NCBI GenBank assembly: GCA_964631035.1
Contig: CAZVVX010000005.1
Span: 1,419-39,555 of the forward strand
Direction of reading: 5' to 3'
DNA: 38,137 nt
Source of the DNA: an uncultured Candidatus Saccharibacteria bacterium
Lineage (GTDB): Bacteria > Patescibacteriota > Minisyncoccia > Phycocordibacterales > PALSA-1337
Part shown: positions 19,609-27,272 of the stretch, one piece after another
How the letters are laid out: the number at the start of each line of letters is the position of its first letter
Numbering within the stretch: position 1 is the first letter of the stretch
Notes under the pieces: model-generated
Databases searched by the model: none
Seen by the model: only the letters and a program-made list of their open reading frames with translations
What the model was told of the DNA's origin: nothing
Program-made: the position numbers and the translations under genes

Positions 19609-20739
19609 CTATTGTTGTATTACTCTTAATACCTCTTCTCTAGTTGTAATTCCCTTTTCCACTTTTTCTAGTCCATCTTCATACATTGTTATCATTCCCT
19701 TACTCTTCGCATATCTCAATATTTCAGAAATAGATAGATGAGACATTATATATTTCCTTAATTCATCATCTATTAGAATTGTCTCAGATATAACTGTACG
19801 ACCCTTATAACCCAACATTCCACATATTGGACATGCCTTACCTCCGCAGTGTTGGCATACTTTCCTCACAAGTCTTTGAGCTATTATTAGAGAAATCGTT
19901 GATGCTATTAAATATGAATCTACTTTCATATCTATCAATCTTGGTATAGCACCAATAGCAGAATTTGTATGTAAAGTTGAGAGTAATAAATGCCCAGTTA
20001 AAGATATATTCACAGCTATTTGAGCTGTCTCTGTATCACGAATTTCACCTACCATTATTATGTCCGGATCTTGTCTGACAATAGAGCGTAAACCATTTGC
20101 AAATGTTATTCCATGTCTTGCGTGAATTTGTATTTGTCTAACCCCTGGTATTGCATATTCAACAGGATCTTCAAGAGTAATGATTGAATTATTTTTGTCT
20201 TTTAATAATGCAATAAGAGAATACAGGGTTGAAGTCTTGCCAGAACCTGTAGGTCCAGTTACTAGAATCATTCCTTGATGATTATTTATTACTGAGTTGA
20301 TTCTTTGACAATCATTATCAGAGAATCCGAGTCTATCCAATGTTAAATTGTTATCAGAATTTCTTAATAATCTAAGTACTGCATTCTCTCCATGATGTGT
20401 AGGAATGATGGAAACTCTAATATCACAGTCACAGATTGAATAACTAAAATGAAATCTTCCATCCTGTGGAACAAAATGTATATCAGTTCTCAATCCTGAT
20501 ATTACTTTGATCCTAGCTATTAATTCATCATGAATGTTAATGGCAAGTGTATCTATATATAGTAATACCCCATCAATTCTAAATCTTATAACAATTCCAA
20601 GTGGTGTCGGATCAATATGAATATCAGATGCATTCTTATGATATGCAAAAGATATTATTGAATCTACCAATTCCACTATAGATGTTATATCGTGTAATAT
20701 TTTATCTTCTTCTTTTATTTCATAATTATTTTCTTTCAT
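19609..20739 (-). CDS. type II/IV secretion ATPase, short form (GspE/PilB/ComGA-like)
   Basis: 376 aa. Walker A GPTGSGKTST, Asp box DPDIIMVGEIRD, His box LTGHLLLSTLHTN and a tetra-Cys CQHCGGKACPIC. Confidence 0.9.
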   Translation of the reverse strand: MKENNYEIKEEDKILHDITSIVELVDSIISFAYHKNASDIHIDPTPLGIVIRFRIDGVLLYIDTLAINIHDELIARIKVISGLRTDIHFVPQDGRFHFSYSICDCDIRVSIIPTHHGENAVLRLLRNSDNNLTLDRLGFSDNDCQRINSVINNHQGMILVTGPTGSGKTSTLYSLIALLKDKNNSIITLEDPVEYAIPGVRQIQIHARHGITFANGLRSIVRQDPDIIMVGEIRDTETAQIAVNISLTGHLLLSTLHTNSAIGAIPRLIDMKVDSYLIASTISLIIAQRLVRKVCQHCGGKACPICGMLGYKGRTVISETILIDDELRKYIMSHLSISEILRYAKSKGMITMYEDGLEKVEKGITTREEVLRVIQQ

Positions 20740-20759
20740 TATTACATCCTAGCAATTTG

Positions 20760-20781
20760 GGTATTAAGAAAAGCTTAAGAA
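20760..20781 (-). promoter_or_regulatory. 22-nt conserved element, copy 2 (20 nt upstream of the gspE ATG)
   Basis: Letter-for-letter identical to 16679-16700. Confidence 0.5.
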
Positions 20782-20956
20782 GTTATTAAGATTTAATGAA
20801 GATTGGGGATAAAATTTCATTTATATAAGGAAATTTGATTTAGCTTGCTAATTAGTATTTTTGTGGTAGTATTTTTATCCGGATTCAGTTCTAATTCCCG
20901 TTCGACTCAGCGAATTGGGAATGATACAGTACAAACACTCAGCAACAAGACAAATC

Positions 20957-21652
20957 ATGAGTTTTGAGGATAGACCATTGACGTTGATTGTTGGGCCAAG
21001 GGCATGCGGTAAAAGCACACTTGCAGGTGTGTTAAGATTGATTACCGACAAAGACAGTAGTGTTTTAGTGCATATTGAAACTTCACACCTCATCAGTATG
21101 CACATGGAAAAGGGTACCAATATCGGTATTCAGCTTCTCGCTCATCAACAAAGCATGCAAAACGGTCATGTTATGCAGGTGCATGATGTGATTGTTCAGA
21201 TGATCATGGAATCTGCAATGACCATTTGGCAAGAGCTTGGTACAAAGCAGATTGTGGTCACTGGTACGCCCAGACACCCCGATCAATCAAATAAGATCGT
21301 GGCTACTTTGGGTAAGAACAGGGTGCGTGTCGTCCATATCCAGCAGGACAAGAGTCAGACGACTCGCGGTGTTCTTCATCGACAAAAGGAAACCGGCAAT
21401 ACCCGCACCGATGAAACCGACCATGCAATTGAGGTTGCCTGGCAGGAATACAACGATATGATTCTTCCTGCGGTGAATATCTTCAATGGTGAAGCCCTGC
21501 ATATTCACCGGTTAGATCCGATGAAAAAGAGAGTGGAGCAAGTTCTCCATCATATGAAGATGCCGGACACATGCAGGGCAAAAATCATTAGCAGATTGAA
21601 CACCCGGGATCATCCTGCAGCAAAAAGAATTGCCGAGCTAGATATTAACTAG
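20957..21652 (+). CDS. P-loop NMP kinase-like protein (divergent adenylate-kinase fold)
   Basis: Walker A LIVGPRACGKST about 10 residues from the chosen ATG. VVTGTPR aligns with the DGFPR segment. R..LHRQ....R.DET...IE..W.EY aligns with the short LID/R-x-DD region of adenylate kinases. The ORF track starts at TTG 20915; ATG 20921 is also possible. Confidence 0.6.
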   Translation: MSFEDRPLTLIVGPRACGKSTLAGVLRLITDKDSSVLVHIETSHLISMHMEKGTNIGIQLLAHQQSMQNGHVMQVHDVIVQMIMESAMTIWQELGTKQIVVTGTPRHPDQSNKIVATLGKNRVRVVHIQQDKSQTTRGVLHRQKETGNTRTDETDHAIEVAWQEYNDMILPAVNIFNGEALHIHRLDPMKKRVEQVLHHMKMPDTCRAKIISRLNTRDHPAAKRIAELDIN

Positions 21653-21672
21653 CTGCGCAGATTCACACATAA

Positions 21673-21717
21673 CAGGCGATGCCTCCCTTACGGGAGCGCA
21701 TCGCCTGATTTTTATTT
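21673..21717 (+). terminator. rho-independent terminator of the kinase-like gene
   Basis: CAGGCGATGCCTCCC-TTAC-GGGAG(C)GCATCGCCTG forms a 15-bp stem, followed by TTTTTATTT. Confidence 0.75.
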
Positions 21718-21732
21718 AAGATCCAATTACAT

Positions 21733-21762
21733 TTGACTTTTATATTATTTTTATGCTTTAAT
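21733..21762 (+). promoter_or_regulatory. candidate typA promoter (TTGACT-18 nt-TTTAAT)
   Basis: Hexamers at 21733-21738 and 21757-21762, 20 nt upstream of ATG 21783. AT-rich context, so weak evidence. Confidence 0.3.
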
Positions 21763-21782
21763 TATTGCTCAATAATACAAAT

Positions 21783-23573
21783 ATGGATATACGAAATATA
21801 GCGATCATAGCCCATGTGGACCATGGCAAGACAACCCTTACAGACGCCATAATGACTCAATGCGGTCATGGTGATGATGGAACAATGGATTCAAATGCCC
21901 TTGAGCAAGAAAGAGGTATTACTATTTATGCCAAGAATACATCTATAGAATACAAGGGTACAAAGATAAACATAGTAGATACACCAGGTCACGCTGATTT
22001 CGGTTCAGAGGTAGAGCGAGTTCTAAGATCTATTGATACTGTGTTACTTGTTGTAGATGCTCAGGAAGGACCTATGCCACAGACACGTTTCGTACTCAAA
22101 AAGTCACTAGAATTAGGATTAAAACCTATTGTAATAATAAATAAAATAGACAAGCCAGCAGCAAATCCAGATCAATGTCATGAGATGGTTCTAGAACTAT
22201 TTATGGAATTAGGAGCCAATGATTCCCAACTAGACTTCCCAACTGTATACGCAATAGGTCGTGATGGAGTTGCAATGAGAAAATTAGATGATCCAAGAAA
22301 GGATCTTACTCCCCTTTTAGATATGATTCTTGAACATGTACCACCAGCAAATCAGAATCACAGTGCTACAGCTCCACTGACACTTCAAACATTTAATCTT
22401 GGCTACGACAATTTCCTAGGAAGATTGGCTATTGGAAGAATTTATGATGGAACTATAAAAACAGGACAGCCAGTATATGAGAAGAAGATTGACGGTACAG
22501 TAAGTACAGGAAGAGTTACAAAACTATTCACATTTGAGGGTAAAAAAAGAGTAGAAATACAAGAAGCGCAGGCTGGAGATATAGTAACAGTTGCAGGATT
22601 CCCACAAATTTATATAGGTGAGACATTAACTGACAATGCAGATACACCAGCATTACCAGCTATCAAGATAGATGAGCCAACAATTTCCCTAAATTTCCTA
22701 GTTAACAATTCCCCATTCGCAGGACGAGAAGGTAAATTCGTAACAGGAAGACAGATCCGAGAAAGACTAGAGAAGGAATTAGAAATAAATGTAGGACTAA
22801 GAGTAGACTTCAATTCAAATGAATTCTACACAGTATTTGGTCGTGGTGAATTACATATTGCTGTTCTACTTGAGAATATGAGACGAGAGGGTTATGAACT
22901 TCAAGTATCACAACCACAAGTTATTATAAAAGAAATTGACGGAATAAAAAGTGAGCCATTCGAAGAGTTAACAATAGATACTCCAGATGAATTCACTGGT
23001 TCAATTATAGAGAAATTGGGCAAAAGAAAAGCCACAATGATAGATATGAAAACAAAAGACGGCATAACTCGTATGCTTTTTGAAATTCCTACTAGAGGAT
23101 TGCTTGGATATAGAGGATCATTTGTTATAGATACAAAGGGAAATGGAATTCTCGCAAGTCGATTTATTGATTTCAAACCTTATGCAGGTGAAATTGAGAA
23201 GCGAAGTACAGGATCAATGACATCAATGATGACTGGTAAAGCTCTTGCTTTTGCACTATGGAATCTTCAAGAGAGAGGTAGAATATTTATTGAGCCAACA
23301 ACAGAAGTCTATGAAGGAATGGTTGTAGGAGATACATCAAAAGGTGATGATATGGAAGTTAATCCATGTAAAGGTAAGCAGTTAACAAATATGCGATCTT
23401 CTGGAAATGACGAGCATATTATGCTAACTCCAGCTTGGAAAATAGATGTTGAAAGAGGTCTTGAAACAATGAGAGAAGATGAATATCTAGAAATAACTCC
23501 TAAGAGTGTGAGATTGAGAAAGAAATTTCTAACAAGTACAGATAGAGCTAAGGCAGGAAGGAAGGATTTGTAA
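21783..23573 (+). CDS. typA: translational GTPase TypA/BipA
   Basis: NIAIIAHVDHGKTTL (G1), DTPGHADF (G3), NKID (G4) and the full EF-G-like domain order. I use ATG 21783 rather than the track's TTG 21765. Confidence 0.95.
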   Translation: MDIRNIAIIAHVDHGKTTLTDAIMTQCGHGDDGTMDSNALEQERGITIYAKNTSIEYKGTKINIVDTPGHADFGSEVERVLRSIDTVLLVVDAQEGPMPQTRFVLKKSLELGLKPIVIINKIDKPAANPDQCHEMVLELFMELGANDSQLDFPTVYAIGRDGVAMRKLDDPRKDLTPLLDMILEHVPPANQNHSATAPLTLQTFNLGYDNFLGRLAIGRIYDGTIKTGQPVYEKKIDGTVSTGRVTKLFTFEGKKRVEIQEAQAGDIVTVAGFPQIYIGETLTDNADTPALPAIKIDEPTISLNFLVNNSPFAGREGKFVTGRQIRERLEKELEINVGLRVDFNSNEFYTVFGRGELHIAVLLENMRREGYELQVSQPQVIIKEIDGIKSEPFEELTIDTPDEFTGSIIEKLGKRKATMIDMKTKDGITRMLFEIPTRGLLGYRGSFVIDTKGNGILASRFIDFKPYAGEIEKRSTGSMTSMMTGKALAFALWNLQERGRIFIEPTTEVYEGMVVGDTSKGDDMEVNPCKGKQLTNMRSSGNDEHIMLTPAWKIDVERGLETMREDEYLEITPKSVRLRKKFLTSTDRAKAGRKDL

Positions 23574-23707
23574 AGCTTATTTAGAATATTTTTTGTTAAA
23601 TATTTTATTCTGTGTCTTAACTACAAAAATATTTGCACCGGAGGTGCAGGTTGAATTATAATTTGTAAAATAAAAAACTAATTATTAATTTAAATCCATC
23701 TACAAAT

Positions 23708-24217
23708 ATGAATAAAACTGAACCAATTTACATTACTCAATTAAAAGATAGCATCATAAATTTAGATAAGAAATTAGACACCGGCTTTAAACTTATTAAG
23801 CATGATATCGGTGAAATTAAAGTTGATATAACTGGGATGAAGGGTGAGATAACGGGAATTAAAAGTGAGATGATCGAGATGAAGAGTGAAATCACAGAAA
23901 TGAAGGTTGATATTATAAGGATCAAGGAAGACATCATAGATATGAAAGACGATATTAACAAAACTGCTATAACAACAAATGACAATGTTAATAACATCGA
24001 TTGGATTAAGGAGAATATGGTTACAAAAGAAGATATAGCTGATATGGTAACTAAATATGATATTTCCGATATGGCCACAAAAAATGATATTAAACCTATT
24101 TTGAATCTTATAGGTTCATATGAAATTAGATCCAAAAACACTGAAGATATAGTACTTCATGATCATAAGCCTAGAATAATAGATTTAGAAAAAGAAGTTT
24201 TTGCTAAATTATTATAA
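23708..24217 (+). CDS. coiled-coil repeat protein, unknown function
   Basis: 169 aa. Seven consecutive heptads (I/M)K.(D/E)I.. , then three TK.DI.DM-type 9-aa repeats. No TM segment. Confidence 0.6.
   Translation: MNKTEPIYITQLKDSIINLDKKLDTGFKLIKHDIGEIKVDITGMKGEITGIKSEMIEMKSEITEMKVDIIRIKEDIIDMKDDINKTAITTNDNVNNIDWIKENMVTKEDIADMVTKYDISDMATKNDIKPILNLIGSYEIRSKNTEDIVLHDHKPRIIDLEKEVFAKLL
23816..23962 (+). repeat. 7 x 21-nt in-frame tandem repeat (heptad array)
   Basis: Encodes IKVDITG MKGEITG IKSEMIE MKSEITE MKVDIIR IKEDIID MKDDINK. Confidence 0.7.
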
Positions 24218-24342
24218 GTAAATATTAACATATAATCACTATTTTATTATTGAACATTGACATATTAAATTCATTTGATAAACTAATACTACTGACAAGA
24301 AGGGATTCAACAAATCAAAACATTGGTAAATCCAACAAAACT

Positions 24343-24362
24343 CCGCATTCATGCGGTTTTTT
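24343..24362. terminator. bidirectional hairpin terminator
   Basis: CCGCA-TTCA-TGCGG is flanked by an A-run upstream and TTTTTT downstream. On the minus strand it sits about 15 nt after the relic ...KTKWG-stop copy. Confidence 0.55.
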
Positions 24363-24377
24363 GTTTGTCCAATTCCC

Positions 24378-24408
24378 CTACCCCCACTTAGTCTTTGTGT
24401 ATTTTGAT
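24378..24408 (-). repeat. direct repeat copy A: relic of the last codons of the bPH/AlbA_2 gene
   Basis: The 15-nt core CTACCCCCACTTAGT is identical to 25047-25061, and 12 of the next 16 nt match. The minus strand reads S K Y T K T K W G stop. Confidence 0.8.
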
Positions 24409-24410
24409 TT

Positions 24411-24458
24411 TTAAAAAAAGAAAAAACCCGCTGCGACAGGTCTTTCCTGTGCTACGGG
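24411..24458 (-). terminator. rho-independent terminator of the 122-aa cassette gene
   Basis: Imperfect stem CCCGTAGCACAGG-AAAGA-CCTGTCGCAGCGGG (minus-strand reading), followed by TTTTTTCTTTTTTT. Confidence 0.55.
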
Positions 24459-24587
24459 TGATGAACTTAATAAAGTCAAGGAGGTTTTTGAGTTCTCCTC
24501 AATCTTAAGTGGTGTTTTTAGGTAACCACTTCACTACCCTAGAAAGCCCAAGGCAAATGCTCCTTTTTTCAGAACTGTTAGTGTCCA

Positions 24588-24956
24588 CTAAACACCGGTG
24601 CGATTCAGAGTCCCATCAAGGAATCCCCGAACTGCAGCGACGAAGTTTTCACGATTCTTTTCAATGACGTGATCAAATGGGCCTTCAATAGGGTCAACAG
24701 AGAAGCTCATACAAACCAATTCAGGGTTGCATTCGCGTGCCTCCTGAACCATTTCTACAACTCCTTCTTCACTACCAGAAAAGGTTCCGGTGATGAAGAG
24801 TTGGCGTTTGCCAGGCTCCCATTGATCATGGATACCTAACTCATCTCTGAAAATGGAGAAATCCGTATCAACTTGCAAGCCCATTCTTCCGAGTTCTTCA
24901 CAGCAAAACATGAAGCCATGGTGTGATGACTGCATAATAATAATTCTCGGTCTCAT
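24588..24956 (-). CDS. hypothetical protein (cassette cargo)
   Basis: 122-aa ORF with GC-rich codon usage. The alternating beta/alpha hydrophobic pattern (RIIIMQS, LFITGTF, LVCMSFS) suggests a Rossmann/flavodoxin-like fold. No motif recognised. Confidence 0.5.
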   Translation of the reverse strand: MRPRIIIMQSSHHGFMFCCEELGRMGLQVDTDFSIFRDELGIHDQWEPGKRQLFITGTFSGSEEGVVEMVQEARECNPELVCMSFSVDPIEGPFDHVIEKNRENFVAAVRGFLDGTLNRTGV

Positions 24957-25046
24957 AATTCATTGCTGGTTAACTAATCACTCAAGAAACCATGTAAAAC
25001 GCTATCATACTACACTACAAAAGTCAACCCTTGTCCATTTTACCCT

Positions 25047-25077
25047 CTACCCCCACTTAGTTTTTATATATTCTGAT
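25047..25077 (-). repeat. direct repeat copy B: functional 3' end of the bPH/AlbA_2 gene
   Basis: Encodes S E Y I K T K W G stop. The core starts exactly at the stop codon. Confidence 0.8.
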
Positions 25078-26021
25078 GCCTCACTCATTGAGAATGGTTG
25101 TGTAGAGTTACCAACACGCACGAAAAATTCTTCTTTCTTATCACCATCTTTTAGATATGCTGGCTTATGACTTTCTAATACAGTTATCATACAAATATCT
25201 TTACTATCAACCATTTCAAATTTAATATTTATATATTTTGAAAAGTTCAAACCGATCATGGTTTTGATAAGCATACTAATATGATTTTCAAGTCCATCGC
25301 GATTCTTCTTTGGTAAAGTTTTATAATCACTTTCCAAACCCTTAACCACACCATCATCACTAACCCCGATAATCAGGGTTCCGCCAGAAGTATTGAGGAA
25401 TCCCACTATAGTTTTCATCACCACTCTTTCTAGATCTCTACTAACTTCACCTTTTCTAATATCATTTCTAAGTGTTTCTTTAAATTCTACAAACATTCCT
25501 TCACCTTCTTCAATCAAAACTTTTGGATCTCTTGTTAGAACCTTGCCTGATGAACTGTGAACCATCTGTTTAATAACGTGTACATATTCATCAAAATTAG
25601 AAACATTCTTAATCTTGGTTAGTCTGGAATTATTATGCTCAAGTATTATTGTTGCATGATGCATCATTCTACCGACAGGGCTCTGATATACCTCCACAGA
25701 TGCAACATCATGAATATTCACAGATTTCCTCCTTCGGAAAAATAATCCGGATTTTTTTATTATCTCCTTTTCTGATATTTCAAAATGAGAGAAATACCAA
25801 TCCAAGAACAATATAATCATGTATCCAACTTGAAATATTGAAAAAAATAGAATTTCTAAAATATCATATCTAATATATGAAGTAATAGCTGAACCTCTAA
25901 ATAACAATTCATAATTACCAAGATAAGATATAATCACAAAGAAAATAGATGCAATGATTTCCATCACGACAACATTCCTCAAGAAGACCAGAGGTCCTTC
26001 TTTTATAATCATTTTCCTCAT
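25047..26021 (-). CDS. membrane-anchored bPH_2 (YdbT-like PH) domain fused to an AlbA_2/Schlafen-type DNA-binding domain
   Basis: 324 aa. Two N-terminal TM helices, then KKSGLFFRRRKSVNIHDVASVEVYQSPVGR (bacterial PH motif). The C-terminal EGEGMFVEFKETL...IVGFLNTSGGTLIIGVSDDGVVKGL is typical of AlbA_2. Confidence 0.7.
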   Translation of the reverse strand: MRKMIIKEGPLVFLRNVVVMEIIASIFFVIISYLGNYELLFRGSAITSYIRYDILEILFFSIFQVGYMIILFLDWYFSHFEISEKEIIKKSGLFFRRRKSVNIHDVASVEVYQSPVGRMMHHATIILEHNNSRLTKIKNVSNFDEYVHVIKQMVHSSSGKVLTRDPKVLIEEGEGMFVEFKETLRNDIRKGEVSRDLERVVMKTIVGFLNTSGGTLIIGVSDDGVVKGLESDYKTLPKKNRDGLENHISMLIKTMIGLNFSKYINIKFEMVDSKDICMITVLESHKPAYLKDGDKKEEFFVRVGNSTQPFSMSEASEYIKTKWG

Positions 26022-26046
26022 ATATTTATTACAATTCTAACACAGT

Positions 26047-26643
26047 TTAACCTGCATTATATATACTCATTGCCTTATCTCTTCCCTCTTTGACTAGAAC
26101 TTCTATTGCTTCACATATCTTCTTTGAAATTTTCTTTAGAACCTTCATTTCATCTTCTTTAAATTTACCTAGAATGAATTTCTCAATTTTATCATCACCA
26201 TGTGGAACTTTGGCTAATCCTTTTGAATTCTCAGGAGCAACACCAATTCTAATTCTGACAAATGCTTCTGTTTTAATAGATTTAATTATTGATTCAAGAC
26301 CATTATGTCCACCTGAACTTCTGTTATATGAAATTCTTATCTTTCCCAAAGGTAAATTAAAATCATCATAGATAACTATTAATTTCTCTGCAGATTTAAC
26401 ACTTTTTACTAGCTGAGAGATGCTTTTACCTGAATTATTCATAAATGTTTCAGGTTCAACTAATTTAATCTTCTCTTTTCCAACTTTTATTTCGGAAGAT
26501 AATGCATTTATCTTCTTTTCAAAGACAAAATCATCTCCAGAAAATTCATCTTTTATAAAATTTAGAATAATTCTACCAGTATTATGTCTTGTATTCTCAT
26601 ATTCTTGACCTGGATTTCCTAAACCTGCAATTATGTATGCCAT
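26047..26643 (-). CDS. pth: peptidyl-tRNA hydrolase
   Basis: MAYIIAGLGNPGQEYENTRHNTG is the canonical Pth N-terminus. I chose ATG 26643; the track's longer N-terminal extension overlaps the lepB promoter region. Confidence 0.9.
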   Translation of the reverse strand: MAYIIAGLGNPGQEYENTRHNTGRIILNFIKDEFSGDDFVFEKKINALSSEIKVGKEKIKLVEPETFMNNSGKSISQLVKSVKSAEKLIVIYDDFNLPLGKIRISYNRSSGGHNGLESIIKSIKTEAFVRIRIGVAPENSKGLAKVPHGDDKIEKFILGKFKEDEMKVLKKISKKICEAIEVLVKEGRDKAMSIYNAG

Positions 26644-26679
26644 AACACTAGTGTGCCATAGACATAAATCTTGTGTCAA

Positions 26680-27264
26680 ATGAATATCCATAATACAATT
26701 ATCGCAATGAATCCTGAAAATATTCCAAAACAAGAAAATTTTCTAAAAGAAATTTTAAAATTCACAGTAATTGCAATCGCAATAATAATTCCAGTAAGAA
26801 CATATATTGCACAGCCATTTATTGTAAGTGGAGCGTCAATGGATCCAACTTTTATATCAGGTCAATATCTAATAGTTGATCAACTAACCTATCACCTTAA
26901 TAATCCAAGACGTGGTGATGTAATAATTCTTAAAAATCCACTAAATCCAAGCATATATTTTATTAAGAGAGTAATAGGACTACCAAATGAGACATTGATT
27001 ATGAATACAGGTAAAGTTACTATTAAAAATAGTGATTTTCCTGATGGATTCCAGTTAGATGAGAAATACATAACTCGCAATCACAGAACTTCAGATACAT
27101 TTGAGATCAAATTATCATCAACAGAATATTTTGTTATGGGAGACAATAGACCAGAGAGCTCAGATTCTAGGTCTTGGGGACCATTAGATGAGAAATTCAT
27201 AGTTGGCAGACCTGTATTGAGACTGTTTCCATTTTCAAAAGCATCAATATTTCCGGGAATATAG
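26680..27264 (+). CDS. lepB: signal peptidase I
   Basis: TM anchor, catalytic SGASMDPT, the KRVIGLPNE box and GDNRPESSDSR. ATG 26680 (26707 also possible); the track starts at TTG 26671. Confidence 0.9.
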   Translation: MNIHNTIIAMNPENIPKQENFLKEILKFTVIAIAIIIPVRTYIAQPFIVSGASMDPTFISGQYLIVDQLTYHLNNPRRGDVIILKNPLNPSIYFIKRVIGLPNETLIMNTGKVTIKNSDFPDGFQLDEKYITRNHRTSDTFEIKLSSTEYFVMGDNRPESSDSRSWGPLDEKFIVGRPVLRLFPFSKASIFPGI

Positions 27265-27272
27265 AAAGTCCT

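Larger units (their letters stand above)
20879..21720. other. GC-rich compositional island 1 (single gene plus its own terminator)
   Basis: Abrupt change from AT-rich to GC-richer sequence. My spot count is 32/60 G+C at 21301-21360, against 17/60 at 22081-22140 in typA. Boundaries are approximate. Confidence 0.45.
24393..25046. mobile_element. GC-rich 0.65-kb single-gene cassette between the two direct-repeat cores (no recombinase)
   Basis: Bounded by the 15-nt cores. Contains one ORF and its own terminator. Its composition is unlike the flanks. Confidence 0.4.

Noticed and set aside
20875-21508. ORFs 20875..21120(-), 21083..21286(-), 21237..21461(+) and 21287..21508(-) in island 1
   Set aside because: GC-richer DNA has fewer random stops, so overlapping frames stay open. 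Only the 20957..21652 frame carries a Walker A and kinase-like layout.
20871-21715. ATTTTTAT at both edges of island 1 as a possible target-site duplication, and GTTCGACTC (20900-20908) as a possible tRNA T-loop remnant
   Set aside because: An 8-mer of A/T is expected by chance in this genome. The 9-mer shared with the tRNA-Glu T-loop has no flanking stem complementarity, so a tRNA fragment cannot be supported.
24853-25170. ORF 24853..25170 (+) spanning the cassette/host junction
   Set aside because: It runs antisense across the start of the 122-aa ORF, the direct-repeat core and the 3' end of the AlbA_2 gene. It has no coherent composition.
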